A stretch of 62,353 nucleotides of DNA, the filler included, from Nemertoderma westbladi (Eukaryota; Animalia; Xenacoelomorpha): assembly GCA_032718475.1 (NCBI GenBank). It is 4 parts of 4 records of this genome, joined end to end, with 100 filler letters (N's around TTAATTAATTAA, not from the genome) between each part and the next. Parts side by side here need not be neighbours in the genome. Positions count along the whole stretch, not along the records: positions 50,104 to 62,353 come from JAUCBJ010006060.1; 3 more parts are not named here. One strand, given 5' to 3'. The position numbers and the translations under genes are program-made. Numbering within the stretch: position 1 is the first letter of the stretch; each line of letters begins with the position of its first letter. The notes under the pieces are model-generated. The model searched no databases. It was not told where the DNA came from and saw only the letters and a program-made list of their open reading frames with translations. Below, piece by piece: positions 50,104-62,158 of this stretch.

Positions 50104-50588
50104 GATATAAATAAATAGCGAATTACTTTATCAAGGTAGGTAAACTACGGTACCATATCGCTTATGTATGACACAATATCGTAACTTACGTGTCATATGG
50201 CCCTAAGTTGTCGGATTTTACTTTTGTTATACAATTCCACACTTTAAGACATGTTCTATCAGCTGGTGAAGTTAATTGAACACCAATGGGAACTGATGAT
50301 TATTGCGTAGTAATGTGAAGCCCTATAAATCCCAGCGGACAATATTTTACTGCAGAAACGCCCAATATCTCTGCATATCTTTTATAGGCTCTCCTTAACA
50401 ATTGAAATTTTTGACTTAAGGCCTTATGACACTTAAGCTACGATATAATATATCAAATTCTTTGACTTTTCCCTGATTTGTCCTTTTTTTATAAGATTTC
50501 GCTGACATTCCACAAGATAAAATTGAATTCCCTTACTATTCCAAGTGTTTGGCAACCCAAACACTCTACACCTTAATAATAAACTCAC

Positions 50589-50716
50589 CAACGGCTATTC
50601 GGCACCTCACCAGTCCGTCTGGACCGATACGCAGACAGGACCCGAAGTCAGCCAATCGAATGTGTCCGTCCGCGTCTATGAGAACATTGTCCGGCTTTAT
50701 ATCCCGGTGCACATAG
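50589..50716 (-). CDS. MRCK: MRCK/CDC42-binding kinase, coding exon 2 (catalytic loop and DFG)
   Basis: ccttatag|...|gtgagt; [42 protein letters not shown]; phase matches exon 1; absent from the ORF track. Confidence 0.92.
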
Positions 50717-52108
50717 CTATAAGGGGAAATAAAGTCGTTGCGCAATATTCTATCGAATTTATTACCGAAAATAATACAATTTGGTATTTAAAAAACTATA
50801 CTTGTGGAGAGGATAGACACCTAATATGTTTAAGAAATAAGAACCTCTGAAAATCCTACCTAATTCGTTTCAGAAAACAATTATTAGTAAATACAAATGT
50901 CAAAAATAATTTTCCAATTTAGCAACTGTACATCACAGGGTAACAATGAGTGAGAAGATGTGATTAACAATTTTATTACTTCCAAATTGCCAATCAAATT
51001 ATAAATTTCGTTCAATTTTATAATTGGCAAAATATATCAAATTACGGCGGTATATTTATTAAAAAAATCCATCGACCCACACCCACACCCACCCACCCCC
51101 ACATACTAAATAAAAGCTTTACTTGTTGTAAGTCACTGTTTTTGTCAAATTCGTTAACAAGTTTGACAAAAAATAACAATTTTTTGTCAACAAAAAAAGT
51201 AATGTTGTATTAAAATTCCAAGTAATTTCCACGACATGTATTTTTTATAACTAGCTATATAGTTTTTGTAAATGTTATAGAACACGTGATAGCTATCAAT
51301 TTTGATAAATATTTCTAAAATAATAGACGATTTATCTGCCCCTCCCCCCCCCCCCCCCAGATGTGAATTAAAGGCAAAGCATTAAACCATTACAGCATTA
51401 CGCCAAAGGAAAAATAAATATGGGACCAGTTCGTGGTGGGTGTCGGGGTCAATTAAACAACAACATCAACCCCCGACCCCCTTCTGCCCTTCCCCCCTGT
51501 CTCTGTGAAATAATAAGCTGCTAGAAACTTACATCTATAATATTAATTTATATAAAAAAAAATAAATATATAGGCCTATAATTACCGTACAAAACAAAAT
51601 ATAAATTAAAATAATTTAAAATGTTAATTTTTTTTAGTTTTAAAATTATTAAAATTTAAATTAAAATAACTGTTATGAAAATTTAAAAAAATAAAATTTA
51701 GTTGTAAATTCTGAAACCACTAGTTCTTTGTTACTGCGGATTGCGCACTAGTGAACATTCCTGTGCAGTTCCTCAACAGCTGAGTGTACACCGGTACAAT
51801 ATAGGCCTACTTTTTGTTAACTACATTCAGACATTTTGTGGGAATAGCTTTGCGGGACACCGATGCTCAAATCCACTAGGCCTATCATTGTATTTATCCT
51901 TTTCATAAATATGTTTCATATTTATCTATATTTATGTTTTGTCTTATATATTTTATGAATTGAAAGTAAATATCTTTAATCTATCAATCAAGAATGTTGT
52001 CGTGACTCGTGAGTGGGGATGTAGAGTGGGAGACATCTAACATGCAACCAACTGTTGCCTGTATATATATAAAATAAATGTAAGAGAACAACCAACTACA
52101 GAACTAAC

Positions 52109-52707
52109 CCAAGTTGATGCAACGAGGTGATCGCCAGCACCATCTCAGCTATATAGAACCGAGTCCAATCCTCTGATAAGCGATCATCGTATTTCGATAG
52201 CAGAGTCAGCAAATCGCCTCCGTTGTAATAATCCATAATTAAATAAAGATTATCAGAGTCCTGAAAAGCGAAATGGAGCGTTGTAATCCATTTATTATCA
52301 CCGAAAACTAGAACATCTCGTTCCTCGCGGAAACAAGCTGTTTCCGCGCGCTTCAACATTTCCCATTTATTTAAAACTTTCATCGCGTAAACTTTCCCAG
52401 AGGCTCTCATTCTAACCACCGAAACCTCCCCAAAAGCGCCACGACCGATAACATTTAGGGTCTCGAAATCGTCTCGTTTGAGCAACAAACTCCGTAATTC
52501 TGTAACGAAAGGGGTCGCCCAGGCGACAAACTCTTTGATGTGTTTCAAGTTGCGTAAAGCCGGGCTCCGCGTGAATTCCTCGTGCAGCGCGATTAAAATG
52601 TCCAGTAATGTTTCCACCCCGACGGAATACTCTGCATCCTGCTGCCCCCCCGGGGTGAACAATCGGGACATCTTGGATAGACGGACGTCCGGCGGGGCGA
52701 GCTCCAT
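52109..52707 (-). CDS. MRCK: MRCK/CDC42BP (DMPK family) Ser/Thr kinase, first coding exon
   Basis: [65 protein letters not shown]; donor gg|gttagt. Confidence 0.95.
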
Positions 52708-53084
52708 AGCGCCGGAATTGGGAGGGAAGGGGATAAATAACTGTGCAAGTACCGGTATACCTGGCTGCCTGGCAATAAATATGTATGTAAATAGTCAAAT
52801 AGTGAAAGTAGGTACCGGCAGACCGGTATTGATTGCTACCGGCAACCGGTATGATTACTGGATTAGGTTAGCTTGTTGGTTGATCAGTTTGCAGTTGATG
52901 GGCGAATGTCTGAATGTGATAAAATTTACAACAAATTAACGTACTACTGCCATGGTACTGCCGTATGTTTCAATATCGGCCTAACTGCTGAACTGCCTAA
53001 GTTAATCTATTAGGTTAGGACTACCTACCGGCTACCAGTACCAATACCGGCCAGGTTGGAATTTATGTAGAGTTTGCTCAACAT

Positions 53085-53216
53085 GTGTGGCGCGGATTAA
53101 GGATCCTGGCGCGTAGTGACAGGGGCGTGTGGCGCGGATTAAGGATCCTGGCGCGTAGTGACAGGGGCGTGTGGCGCGCATTGAGGATCCTGGCGCCGCT
53201 GGCGGTCCTGGCGCGA
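53085..53216. repeat. 43-bp GC-rich tandem repeat (about 2.5 copies), probably part of a MITE upstream of MRCK
   Basis: gtgtggcgcggattaaggatcctggcgcgtagtgacaggggc repeated. Confidence 0.75.
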
Positions 53217-54994
53217 ATATGGATGTAGGGCTGTAGGGTTAGGTTAGGAGTGTAGGACAGTCTGACAGTAGGAGGTTGCGTTGCAATTGCAGTGCACTAG
53301 CAAAACATACCACTCTACAGCTCTATTTGAAATTATTCCATACAGCCATAGTTTTAAAAAGATTGAAAAATGTCCGCTCGTCGCTCGCGTTTATACTGTA
53401 AGCCTACTCTTAGCACTGTCTGGCTGTGGACAAATGGAAACAGACAGATTGAGCATGACCATTAAAAACATGACTTGTTTCAAAAGTTTTTCAATTGTCA
53501 GATTCTTCAAACCAATAAAACCATGACAGCCTGCATGATTCAGCAGAATTTCCGTGCTCACTACGCTCGCCAGCTCGCAATTTAATGACATCTGCATTTC
53601 TGCATTTGACAGTTTGAAAACAGTCGGTTTGCCTACTTTAAATGCTGAAATGTTAAAATTTTCGTGCTCGCTACGCTCGCATCTTGATCGCATCTGCATT
53701 TAAAAACAGTCAGTTGACGTTGACCTACTACTAGGCCTACAGCTACTGCACTATCTGACCATTGCTGTCAGACTGTATTTATGTTTAACATAATCTGATA
53801 GTTGGAAAATTTCCTTGCTCGTTACGCTCGCATTTTAATGTAAAATAATGTAGGGCTGCAGCATTATAAACTGATAAATTATTAAAATTAAGCAATTACT
53901 GCAAAATTTCATAGTCAATTGTTGGCTTGGCGCGCATTAGATATCATGGCTGGCGCGATTTTCGTTTAACCAGAACGCGTGTGGCGCGCTTTTTGTCAGT
54001 CTTCCATATAGGAATACCGGTACACGTAACACGACAGATGGTGCCTCGATACCGGTACCTACTCTGTCACACTGTCAGAGTGTCAGTACAGCAGTATCAG
54101 TACTTTCACGGGGGAGTTTCACACTTTACTTTTAACTGTCTGCCTGTATACCCTACTGGTATACATACAGGTACCGGTATACGACAGTACAACTACCAGA
54201 CTACCAGACAAGCAGACAAGGCCTACCTGCCTACCGCAGCAGTCTGGCAGTTGGGTATTCTCAGCGAGATTTCGCTGCACGTGCAACCAAATCCTGAAAT
54301 CTCGCTGCACAAATTCAAAATATCACTAACAAATCCCTTTCAAAATTTAAAATAAAAATACTGAAATATGCATATGATACAAAACTCATGCAGTACAAAA
54401 ATTACTGAAGTACCGGTATACCAACAGAAAGCTCGTACAAAACTACCGTACGTTATTTGTATGTTGTGACACATTAAGTTGAGATTTCTTAAACATTCAT
54501 TAAATTACTCTCAATATCTATAATATGATAACGGTCTTTATTTTAATGGAATCAATTAAACTATATTATGAGACATCTGTTGTTATCAATCCTTATTGCT
54601 TAATTAGTTACTGTTAATATTGTACCGGTGAAGTATGTATTCAATAGCACTTATTTTACAGTAGGGGCCTACCGTATGTCGAATAACTTTAAGCTGTAAC
54701 TAATGCAAGCTAATTTATTTGTTTTGGGTAATTTGATTCAGTTGATACATAGTTCAATTAGGTGAAATCATTTTTAAGACCCTTCCAATATAATCAAGAG
54801 AACTCAGTGTTTACGGTGTGTGCAATTAATTTCAATTTTCTATTCAGGTTCTGTGTTTAAATGCTTTATTAAATAATTTTAATGTTGATTCGTAAATAAT
54901 ATTAAATGTCAGAGATTTAATTGCAAGAAAACGTATTTTAAATTATTCTTATTTACAAATTCTTAAGACACAATAATTATTCACTACATAAAAA

Positions 54995-56380
54995 ATGGTG
55001 CCTGGACCCGGATCTAATCAACCACTATTAAGACTACACTTCAAAAATCAAAGAGCGTTAAAGAGCGTTATAACAAGAATATTCAAGGATGTCAATGATT
55101 GGCTACTGACAACATCTATACCCGAATTAAGAGCACGTTTAGTGTCCATTGAGAAAACTTACGCGAAGTTTCAAAATGTTAGTGAAGAATTACTACCAGA
55201 AATCAATGAAACTGATACTGACAGACATTTTTACGATAATTCTGAATATGAATCACAATGTGAATTTATTATTGAGTATTTAAAACACAGAATCAAAGAA
55301 TTGGAGCCTCCGGATCTCCCTTCTACACCTTCGGCTCCCCTTACTTCTAATCTTACTGTTTCGTCACACATTAAATTAGAAAAACTTACAATAGCTGATC
55401 CGTTTGAATATAAATGGAAATCCTTTGAATATACCAATCATTTTGGGACAGATTTGAAGCTAGATATTATTTAAATCCTAATTTGTCAGACATAGATAGG
55501 TTCGATTATCTTCTTCCATCTTTAACTGGCACTGCAAAGAGTGCCATTTCCGGATTGAAACCCACACAATAACACTCATGCTATTGCTATAATCTATAAA
55601 CTATACGTCTGATAAAACGCATCCGCAAGAGAGATCCTATTACCCCTACACTGAAGGGATTACATTGGCTGCCAGTAGAGAGAAGGATCGAGTATAAGAT
55701 TGCACTACTAACATATAAGTGCGTTAATCATTTGGCTCCAAGTTACTTGGCCGAATTATTGGATCGATATGAACCATATCGTACCTTAAGAACAAGTGGT
55801 GCTGGACTGTTACGCATTCCAACGTGTAGACTTACCTATTATGGTAGACGGTCGTTCTCCTTTGCAGCTCCAACGGTGTGGAACTCACTACCCTCGAAAA
55901 TCAGAGACTCTCCCACTCTTGATTCGTTTAAGGCTCAGCTAAAAACCCATCTCTTCATAAAGCAATACGGGAATTAAGTTTCTCAGCGTGTTTTTAAACT
56001 TTTAAATTCATTAATGACCGATCTCTTTGTAAAGCAATACTTTTTAATGTTTTTAAAAATTTTAAATCGTTAAATTTTGTGCAGTGCAGCGCCTTTGATC
56101 ATCACGTTAAAAGGCGCTATATAAATTTTTATTATTATTATTATTATAATACACAGGCGATTCGGAAAACGAATACCAAGAATAAACGCACATGTTATGG
56201 CTTTATTAGATCTTCCAAAAGGAGGACAAACCTCCTCTCCGAAGCGCTTAGGAATATGACGGATGTAATGGTAACAAATATCCGCAGTCTTCGAGCTATG
56301 GATGTGCTTACATCATCTAATGCTGAGATGTCAGCCGTCTTAGGGCCAATACTATTTTCAAGGTTGCCTGGAAATACTGT
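54995..56380 (+). pseudogene. Decayed BEL/Pao gag with tRNA-His-like PBS, split by an L2 fragment
   Basis: TGGTGCCTGGACCCGGAT at 54996; HIKLEKLTI, SDIDRFDYL..LTGTAKSAISGL; after the L2: RRFG..AHVMALLDLP, LRNMTD..IRSLRAM..ILFSRLP. Confidence 0.7.
55610..56149 (+). mobile_element. 3' fragment of an L2-clade LINE
   Basis: ITPTLKGLHWLPVERRIEYKI..APSYL..GRRSFSFAAPTVWNSLP..FKAQLKTHLF*; tail gcgctatataaa..(att)n. Confidence 0.9.
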
Positions 56381-56418
56381 ATGTGCGAAAAGTGGTACAT
56401 AACACATGCAGATGACGA

Positions 56419-56672
56419 TGAAAAACATTTATCACCCGGGTGAAAAACATTTATCACCCAGGTGAAAAACATTTATCACCCGGGTGAAAAACATTTATCA
56501 CCCGGGTGAAAAACATTTATCACCCGGGTGAAAAACATTTATCACCCGGGTGAAAAACATTTATCACCCGGGTGAAAAACATTTATCACCCGGGTGAAAA
56601 ACATTTATCACCCGGGAGAAAAACATTTATCACCCGGGTGAAAAACATTTATCACCCGGGTGAAAAACATTT
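56419..56672. repeat. 22-bp tandem repeat, about 11.5 copies
   Basis: tgaaaaacatttatcacccggg, creating a tcacccgggtga palindrome at each junction. Confidence 0.97.
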
Positions 56673-56800
56673 AAATGCTTAAAATCATTTGCATCTTTTG
56701 TTGTAAATCAATAAACTATTTTTTTTTTTAATGTTTTTACATTGTACAGTAATGTTCCTGTCTAGCATCTTAGTGTAGGTGTTTAGTACTAGACATTTTT

Positions 56801-58190
56801 ATGGATTTGGACATTCACTCTGTCATAAAACACTTTTTCTGGGATGGCTTCACATATAAATAGATCACACGATTGCTGTTTGAAAAGTACAGTATAATAC
56901 GATCTCAGAGAACTATTCGGTGATATGTACACTACTACTAGGATCGGCATGCTGCATTGCAGCTGCATTTTTAAGAATGCTGTGCCGGCTTATCGACAAA
57001 ATTGCACCGCCATAACTCCCTATCACCCATGACATTTGCTAGATCATCCGCATCTTCAAGGCCAGTGTCCTTCAAGATGCGTCTCAAGAAAGTCATGGGC
57101 TGTCCACCATGCTTATTCACTCCATGAGGCTGCCAAAGTACAAGATTATGCACTGGCTGGTCCTCACGGCGAAAGCAATGTCCTGCAAAGCGGAGGCGAT
57201 TTTGTTCTAGTGTCAAGCTTGGGGGAACCAATGAGACACCTCCAATGTTATATAGTGTCTGGTTGGAGATGTGTGCATTGAACTTGACACAATGAACCCG
57301 GCGTAGCATTCTTGTGAATGTGCCATCCAGAGATTTGGTGTCCTCAGTAGTTAGAGCCCAGCATGGACTCCCATAGAGGAGTACTGGAACTACTGCTGCT
57401 CTAAATAACCGGACCTTAAGTTTCCGATTAATTCTCGGTGACTTCCAAATCCTGGAAAGCCTATTCAAGGCTGCCCATGCCTTTCCCTTACGTATTCGAA
57501 GGTCCTCACCTGACTTCCGGATCCATGATCCCAGGTAACAGAAGTCATCCACATATGTACACAACCTTGGTCTATCACGACGTCTATATGTTAAACAATT
57601 CGAACAAACACTTTCAATTATAGAGGAGGAAGCCAATAGTCGTCCTACATGTGGATACAGACAACTCCAGCAAATATTAATCAATGAACATAAATTATTC
57701 GTAAATTATTCATAAAAAAAAGTATTCAAAAACTCATCGCTAGTTTATTGGAGATTTTCAATCCTGAAGCTTTACAGACTAGAATTTCTAGGAAACTAGT
57801 TCGCAGGACTTACCAGGCGAAGGGTCCTAACTTTCTCATGCACGTTGATGGATGGGACAAATTAAAACCATTTGGATTTGCTGTTCAAGGAGCAATCGAC
57901 GGTTACAGTAGACGTACATTATGGCTTAAGTGTTCGAGTACTAATAACGACCCCTTTGTAGTGGCCTTTGTAGTTACTTCCTAGAAACAATAAAAGATAT
58001 TGGCGGCGTCCCACATATAGAACGTACAGATCGTGGCACAGAGAATGTCAACATATAAATCATTCAGAAGTTCTGCAGGATAAGAAGTACTGCAGGATGC
58101 GCATATATCCAGGGGAAGAGTTCGAGGAATCAAAGAATTGAGGCCTGGTTGTCCAAATTCCCAGTTTTGGGTATGTCGGAATGGTTAACA
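56801..58190 (+). pseudogene. IS3EU-type DDE transposase (Clr5-like HTH + integrase core), split by RTE and CR1; resumes at 62327
   Basis: IKHFFWDGFTY..RSQRTIR..|LGLSRR; CGYRQL; LVRRTYQAKGPNFLMHVDGWDKLKPFGFAVQGAIDGYSRR; RTDRGTEN; GKSSRNQRIEAW. Confidence 0.8.
56933..57552 (-). mobile_element. 5'-truncated RTE LINE, same family as 44816-47391
   Basis: Nearly identical protein and 3' UTR; (tag) tail; 10-bp TSD atatgtacac (56923-56932, 57553-57562). Confidence 0.93.
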
Positions 58191-58330
58191 TTTCGGAAAC
58201 ATTTCGGTTGTTTCTCTCTATAGATTACTGTTACAAGAAGACACCTAAATTTGGCAGTATCTAGTACCTACTGCAACTGATATACTGCACTACTGTCTGA
58301 CTCTATTTATTTGGTGTTAATTATTATGAA

Positions 58331-59233
58331 ATGGGTTTCTCAGGGTCGCTCGATGACCTGCTGAAGCTCGCAGCCACCGATGCGAATGCCAAGTGCGGCC
58401 AAGCAACCAAGCCAGAGCTGCAACAATTGCTAAAAGAGGCCGTCTCTCGCCTCTCCAACGCCACCCCCCTCCCGTCCCTCTCCGCAATCTCCAAGGCCGT
58501 CGCCAAGGAGGTGGAACCCCTCAAGAAGGCCGTAGACACCTGCCTCATCGAGATCACGAGGCCTCGCTCTGGAGGCATTCGTGGGCAATTGTACCGACCT
58601 CCCCCGACGCAACCTGCCCAGTCGCCGCCCCGCACCACGAGACTGGGACCCAGCCGGCCTCCAACATTCGCCGACGCCGTTCGGTCACCCCGCAACGTAT
58701 CACCGGCCCTTTGGGTTACCCGCTCGGCAGCACCCAGTCTGGCTGCTCCCACGGTTAGTGCACCGCCTCCCGGCCCTCCACCCGTCTCCTGCCGCCACCC
58801 CCGTCGCGTGGCAGCCAGGGGTTCCCGAGTGAACGCCACAATTGCCGCCGCTCCCTCTCCGCCCCGTCTGGCATTTATTCATATAGGCCGGGTCGACCCA
58901 AAGGACTCCGTGGAGAAGGTTAAATCGTTTCTCCAGGCGGAGAACATCGAATTCAGGGACGTGTCTTGCCTACCTCAACGTGGTGAAAACTCGCCCTATG
59001 CGTCTTTCCTGATCACGTGTTTGCAGTCATCCCGGGATCAGGTGATGGACCCTTCCCTTTGGGGACAAGGGATTACAATTCGGAATTACCGACCATCCAT
59101 TGAACAGCGCGCTAAGTTCGTCCTTCGACCGAGGCCAACCGATCGTTTCCAGCAGAGACGACCGCAAACGCCTCCGCCGCCAGCTACACCAGTCACCGAC
59201 TCCATCGCCTCGGACACTGAGCGGGTAGAATGA
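58331..59233 (+). CDS. CR1 ORF1 protein (helical N-terminus, Pro-rich linker, RRM-like domain)
   Basis: Position upstream of ORF2; FIHIGRV..VKSFL..YASFLI..DPSLWGQGITIRNY. Confidence 0.8.
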   Translation: MGFSGSLDDLLKLAATDANAKCGQATKPELQQLLKEAVSRLSNATPLPSLSAISKAVAKEVEPLKKAVDTCLIEITRPRSGGIRGQLYRPPPTQPAQSPPRTTRLGPSRPPTFADAVRSPRNVSPALWVTRSAAPSLAAPTVSAPPPGPPPVSCRHPRRVAARGSRVNATIAAAPSPPRLAFIHIGRVDPKDSVEKVKSFLQAENIEFRDVSCLPQRGENSPYASFLITCLQSSRDQVMDPSLWGQGITIRNYRPSIEQRAKFVLRPRPTDRFQQRRPQTPPPPATPVTDSIASDTERVE

Positions 59234-62158
59234 CTACCTGCTGTCGCCCAGTGCCTGCCGCAGTCCGCTTCTCCACATTCGTTATGCTCAGTCCTTATAT
59301 TTAATGTACGGAGCATTCTTGATCGTAAGCGCCGGATCTGTTTCGCCAACGCCATCGCTGCGTCTAGCTACGACATACTCTGCATTACCAAGACGTGGCT
59401 AACGAGCAACGTCCCGGACGGTGGTCTCCATTTACCCGGCTACAACATCATCCGGGCGGAACGTCCCCCCAAGTCCTCAGGCTCTTCGGCACACGGCGGC
59501 TGCCTCATTGGTATTCGGTCGAATATCCCCTATATTGAAGTAAAAGTTCCAGCCAGCCTAACTACCTCAGCTATAGTAACTATAATTGGCACAGGGAACT
59601 CCAAATTAATGCTAATAAACATATACAACCCCCCCGAAGTCAGCCCCTATCGCTGGCCCACCAGCCTCTTCGATCAGTTAATCAGCATCATTCCGCAACA
59701 CAAACTCAATTTTGCATGTTGCAGGTGCTACCTTGTTGGCGACCTAAACCTGCCGCTAGCTAACTGGCCCACTATGTTTTCTTCCAACATCTATGAGAAC
59801 AACATTCTTCTTGCTTTGGACACCATAAACCTGAAGCAACTAGTTGATTTCCTCACCACCCGCACCTCCACCCTGGACATCGCCCTCACCGACTGCGAGT
59901 CCACGGTCAGCGTCGAACCCGATCCTGTTTTCAACTCTTTGTTCTCTCTCGATGGCCGCTGTCTCTCCGACCACAAGCCAGTTCGGCTAGTATTTGAATC
60001 ACAAATCCCAGATTCCAAAGTCCCGTCAAAGAAGATAGTATATTCCTTCTGCCGCGCCGACTACAAGGGCATGCGTAAGGAAATTAAGGACTCACCTTTT
60101 TCTCCTCGAGATTCGGCTCCCAACGCTGTTCTCAATGAATGGTACTCGTGGGTTGCAGGGTTGATATCTCGGTTCGTACCGAGACGAACCAAGCATCGTC
60201 AAACCCTCCCCCCATGGGCTTCCTCATCATTGTCTAACCTGCAAAAGAGATTAAACATACTGCGCAATAAACTCGCCAAACGGGTCTCTCCCAATCCTAC
60301 ACTATCCGCTAAAATAACTGCCAAAGAATCTGATCTCAACCTCCAACTACACCAGGAGCAGTCTGAATATGAAAAATTAACCTTCGAAAACTCTCGCTTC
60401 GATATGATTTTCAAGTATTTGAAATCAATAAGAAAAACCAACAACATCCCGCCAATTGTTAAATGGGGCAACGAAACTGCTTCCACCGAACCCGAAAAGG
60501 CGGACCTGTTTAACAGGTACTTCCAGTCCGTCTTCAACCCACCAAGCGAACCCACACACCTCGACCACTCAAGCTTCCCCGGTTGCGTAGACGACTACAA
60601 TGTCTCCTGTGAGTCCATCTCTGAGGTTCTCGCGAAATTAAAGACCAACAAATCTCGCGGACTCGACGATATTCCACCAGCTTTCCTCAAGTCTCTCGGG
60701 CCCGACATCGCCCCATCCTTGAACGTTCTTTTCAGCATCCTAAAAGCCACAAACACATTCCCGGACTTTTGGAAGTGCGCTCTACTCTCTCCCCTCCATA
60801 AAAAACTAAGTAAAATGTACACAGACAACCACAGACCAGTGTCCCTCCTCTGCATTATCTCCAAGGTCTTCGAATCCCTCGTGTTTCGTCCACTTTACCG
60901 GCATCTAGCCCCTCGCCTGCACTGCTCCCAGTACGGTTTTCTCCAACGAAAATCTACTACTGTACAACTGCTCCAATTCTTAGATGCAGTCTACAAAGGT
61001 ACAGAAAGCAACTTAGAAACCATTGAGACAATCTATTTAGATTTTTCTAAGGCTTTCGATAAAGTGGATCATAACATCACACTTCAAAAACTGTCGGACA
61101 TTGGTGTTAGAGGAAATATGCTCCTAATTATTAAGTCCTACCTTTCGAATCGCCAACAGATGACGAGGATCGGAAACTCCACCTCTAGTCCGCTTCTGGT
61201 CGGCAGTGGCGTTCCTCAGGGTGCCCTGCTCGCCGTCCTCATCTTCCTCAACCACAACGACACTCCAACATGCATCGTACACTCAATCCCTTTTCTCTTC
61301 GCTGACGATATGAAGGCCCTTTCAATGGTTTCCGACCAAACTGCTCTCCAAGCGGACCTCGACCGTCTCTCCGACTGGGCCATGTCCTTCTCCAAGGACA
61401 AGTGCCGCCATCTCGTCTTCCACGGCAGCCCGCCCGACCGAACCGTCTCTGGGTTCACAATCGCCCAAGCCACCTCCGAGAAGGACCTCGGACTAATTGT
61501 GTCGACCGACCTCTCCTGGTCGGCGCACATCTCCGAGCGGGTTGCCAAGGCGACGCGGGCCTTGTTCCAGCTGAAGCGCTGCACGTCGCCGCTTCTGCCG
61601 GAGTCCGCTCGCCTCGCCGCCTACAAAGGCCTCGTGGTACCGATTGCCGCCTACGCGTCCCAGTGCTGGTTTGCCAACCGCGGCGACATGAAACTCATCG
61701 AGCAGCTACAGCACCGGGCCACGCGCTGGGTGACGTCGTCTGACCACCCCTATAAAGACAGACTCCTCCAACTTAAACTTCTTCCCCTCAACCTTTACCT
61801 GGAACTGCACGATCTCCTCCTGCTTGCTGCCATCATCAATAATCGGTTCGATTTTGAATGGCGTCCATTCGTCAAGTTTCATATGCCACCTGCTAACCGC
61901 CCAACCAGATCCAACAGACTTTTCGACCTCCCGCGGATAACCAAGGCTAGCTCGCGCCGGAACTTCTGGTTCCGCTCGCAGTGGCTGGCCAACAGACTTT
62001 CACCATCCGCGGATCTATATCTATCAGCAGGTGTCAAGCAGCGGCTCGCAGCGATCTACTGGGAGCATTTCGTGCACAGGTATAATGATGATAACCTGTG
62101 CACATGGCACCTGGCATGTTCCTGCGGCCTCTGTATTAACATATATAGCCACTACTGA
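59234..62158 (+). CDS. CR1 ORF2: apurinic endonuclease + reverse transcriptase; open from the ORF1 stop with no AUG for 125 codons
   Basis: FNVRS, DILCITKTWL (E-to-K at the usual ITETWL Glu), HGGC, IYNPP, VGDLN, LD, SDH; RT RPVSLL, QYGF, YLDFSKAFD, GVPQG, FADD, EKDLG. Confidence 0.9.
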   Translation, partial: LPAVAQCLPQSASPHSLCSVLIFNVRSILDRKRRICFANAIAASSYDILCITKTWLTSNVPDGGLHLPGYNIIRAERPPKSSGSSAHGGCLIGIRSNIPYIEVKVPASLTTSAIVTIIGTGNSKLMLINIYNPPEVSPYRWPTSLFDQLISIIPQHKLNFACCRCYLVGDLNLPLANWPTMFSSNIYENNILLALDTINLKQLVDFLTTRTSTLDIALTDCESTVSVEPDPVFNSLFSLDGRCLSDHKPVRLVFESQIPDSKVPSKKIVYSFCRADYKGMRKEIKDSPFSPRDSAPNAVLNEWYSWVAGLISRFVPRRTKHRQTLPPWASSSLSNLQKRLNILRNKLAKRVSPNPTLSAKITAKESDLNLQLHQEQSEYEKLTFENSRFDMIFKYLKSIRKTNNIPPIVKWGNETASTEPEKADLFNRYFQSVFNPPSEPTHLDHSSFPGCVDDYNVSCESISEVLAKLKTNKSRGLDDIPPAFLKSLGPDIAPSLNVLFSILKATNTFPDFWKCALLSPLHKKLSKMYTDNHRPVSLLCIISKVFESLVFRPLYRHLAPRLHCSQYGFLQRKSTTVQLLQFLDAVYKGTESNLETIETIYLDFSKAFDKVDHNITLQKLSDIGVRGNMLLIIKSYLSNRQQMTRIGNSTSSPLLVGSGVPQGALLAVLIFLNHNDTPTCIVHSIPFLFADDMKALSMVSDQTALQADLDRLSDWAMSFSKDKCRHLVFHGSPPDRTVSGFTIAQATSEKDLGLIVSTDLSWSAHISERVAKATRALFQLKRCTSPLLPESARLAAYKGLVVPIAAYASQCWFANRGDMKLIEQLQHRATRWVTSSDHPYKDRLLQLKLLPLNLYLELHDLLLLAAIINNRFDFEWRPFVKFHMPPANRPTRSNRLFDLPRITKASSRRNFWFRSQWLANRLSPSADLYLSAGVKQRLAAIYWEHFVHRYNDDNLCTWHLACSCGLCINIYSHY

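Noticed and set aside
49514-52707. ADCY3 and MRCK as convergent neighbouring genes
   Set aside because: They are separated by an artificial spacer and both are truncated at it
56419-56672. CRISPR array (also considered for the 15-, 84-, 97- and 159-bp repeats)
   Set aside because: Head-to-tail repeats without unique spacers, no cas genes, and a spliced eukaryotic context
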